This document shows positions 63,309 through 64,000 of a DNA stretch of 64,000 nt, piece after piece (within the stretch, counting starts at the first letter, position 1; every line of letters starts with the position of its first letter). The position numbers and the translations under genes are program-made. Where the stretch lies: assembly GCA_963820525.1 (NCBI GenBank), contig CAWGAA010000002.1:256001-320000 (forward strand). The letters run 5' to 3'. The notes under the pieces are model-generated. The model worked only from the letters and a program-made list of their open reading frames with translations. It had not been told where the DNA came from and made no database searches. This DNA is from an uncultured Spirochaetota bacterium. Lineage in GTDB: Bacteria > Spirochaetota > Spirochaetia > SZUA-6 > Fen-1364.

Positions 63309-64000
63309 ATGAAAATCTACCTGATGACCGACATGGAGGGGGTCTGCGGGGTCCAGGACTACGAGGGCTGGGCCCTTCCATCATCGCCGCATTTCGAGAA
63401 GGGCAGGCGCCTCCTCACCCTGGAGGTGAACGCGGCGGTGGATGGGTTCTACTCTGCGGGCGCCTCCTCCATTCTGGTGGTCGATGGCCACGGCGCCGGC
63501 GGGATCGACCACGAGATTCTCGACAGGCGGACCCTCCTCTTGAGGGGATTCCCCGGCCCGTATCCGATGGGTCTGGACCGCGGCTTCGATGCGATGGCGT
63601 GGGTGGGCCAGCACGCCAAGGCTGGAGCGGAGCACGCTCACCTTCCCCACACGGGAAGCTTCCAGGTGCTCGACTTTCAGGTGAACGGCGTGTCGGTTGG
63701 CGAGTTCGGCATCATGGCCATGTGCGGCGCCTTCATCGGCGTTCCGGCCATCTTTGCTTCGGGAGACGAGGCGCTGTGCAAGGAGGCCAGGGAGCTGGTC
63801 CCTGAGATCGAGACTGCATCAGTGAAGCGGGGGCTCATGTCGGGAAGCGGAGACGAGCTGGACAGAGATGCATACCGCGCGCGTAACTCGCCCGCCCTCC
63901 ACCTCCATCCGGAGAAGGCGCGGGAGCTGATCAGGAACGGGGCGGCGGGCGCGCTTGCCCGATTGAGGGAGAACCGCGAGGCTTTCCCGCTGGTGAAAAT
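63309..64000 (+). CDS. M55 family metallopeptidase (DppA-like D-aminopeptidase), runs off the window
   Basis: Translated by hand (absent from ORF track because no stop): MKIYLMTDMEGVCGV...EVNAAV...VVDGHG...VGQHAKAG...HT...VGEFG...SGD. Confidence 0.88.
   Translation, partial: MKIYLMTDMEGVCGVQDYEGWALPSSPHFEKGRRLLTLEVNAAVDGFYSAGASSILVVDGHGAGGIDHEILDRRTLLLRGFPGPYPMGLDRGFDAMAWVGQHAKAGAEHAHLPHTGSFQVLDFQVNGVSVGEFGIMAMCGAFIGVPAIFASGDEALCKEARELVPEIETASVKRGLMSGSGDELDRDAYRARNSPALHLHPEKARELIRNGAAGALARLRENREAFPLVK

Overview
A gene-dense, GC-rich 64 kb chromosomal window with about 50 CDS and no rRNA, tRNA, CRISPR array or transposase. A P83/100-family protein, a short alaS lacking C-Ala and a hisB-TPR block suggest an anaerobic, free-living spirochaete (inference). 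In order it holds: an NtrB-like kinase followed by a sigma-54 promoter and a xylose-type ABC transporter; a four-gene acyl-carrier module (Sfp-type PPTase, ACP, acyl-AMP ligase, YghO/bacterial-ceramide-synthase-like GNAT); a PAS-sensor/alkaline-phosphatase fusion junction; a divergent galactokinase with an MFS-HEAT transporter; an AAA ATPase, a hybrid kinase, hisB, TPR proteins and alaS; a six-gene SdpR/SdpI operon; a low-GC lipoprotein; clpB; a GH1 beta-glucosidase; bacillithiol genes bshC-bshB1; a chromate transporter pair; a partner-switching operon; mtnA, fadD, tdh-kbl and DUF362; a DUF819/aminotransferase/SDR operon; PFOR; a Thermotoga-like uxaE/LarA-family/gnd hexuronate cluster; and an M55 peptidase. 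About ten genes have a sigma-70 -10 box only 6-9 nt before the ATG and no Shine-Dalgarno, suggesting widespread leaderless mRNAs. Three single-base frameshifts, one in essential alaS, are probably assembly errors. All calls come from reading motifs; no database search was run.
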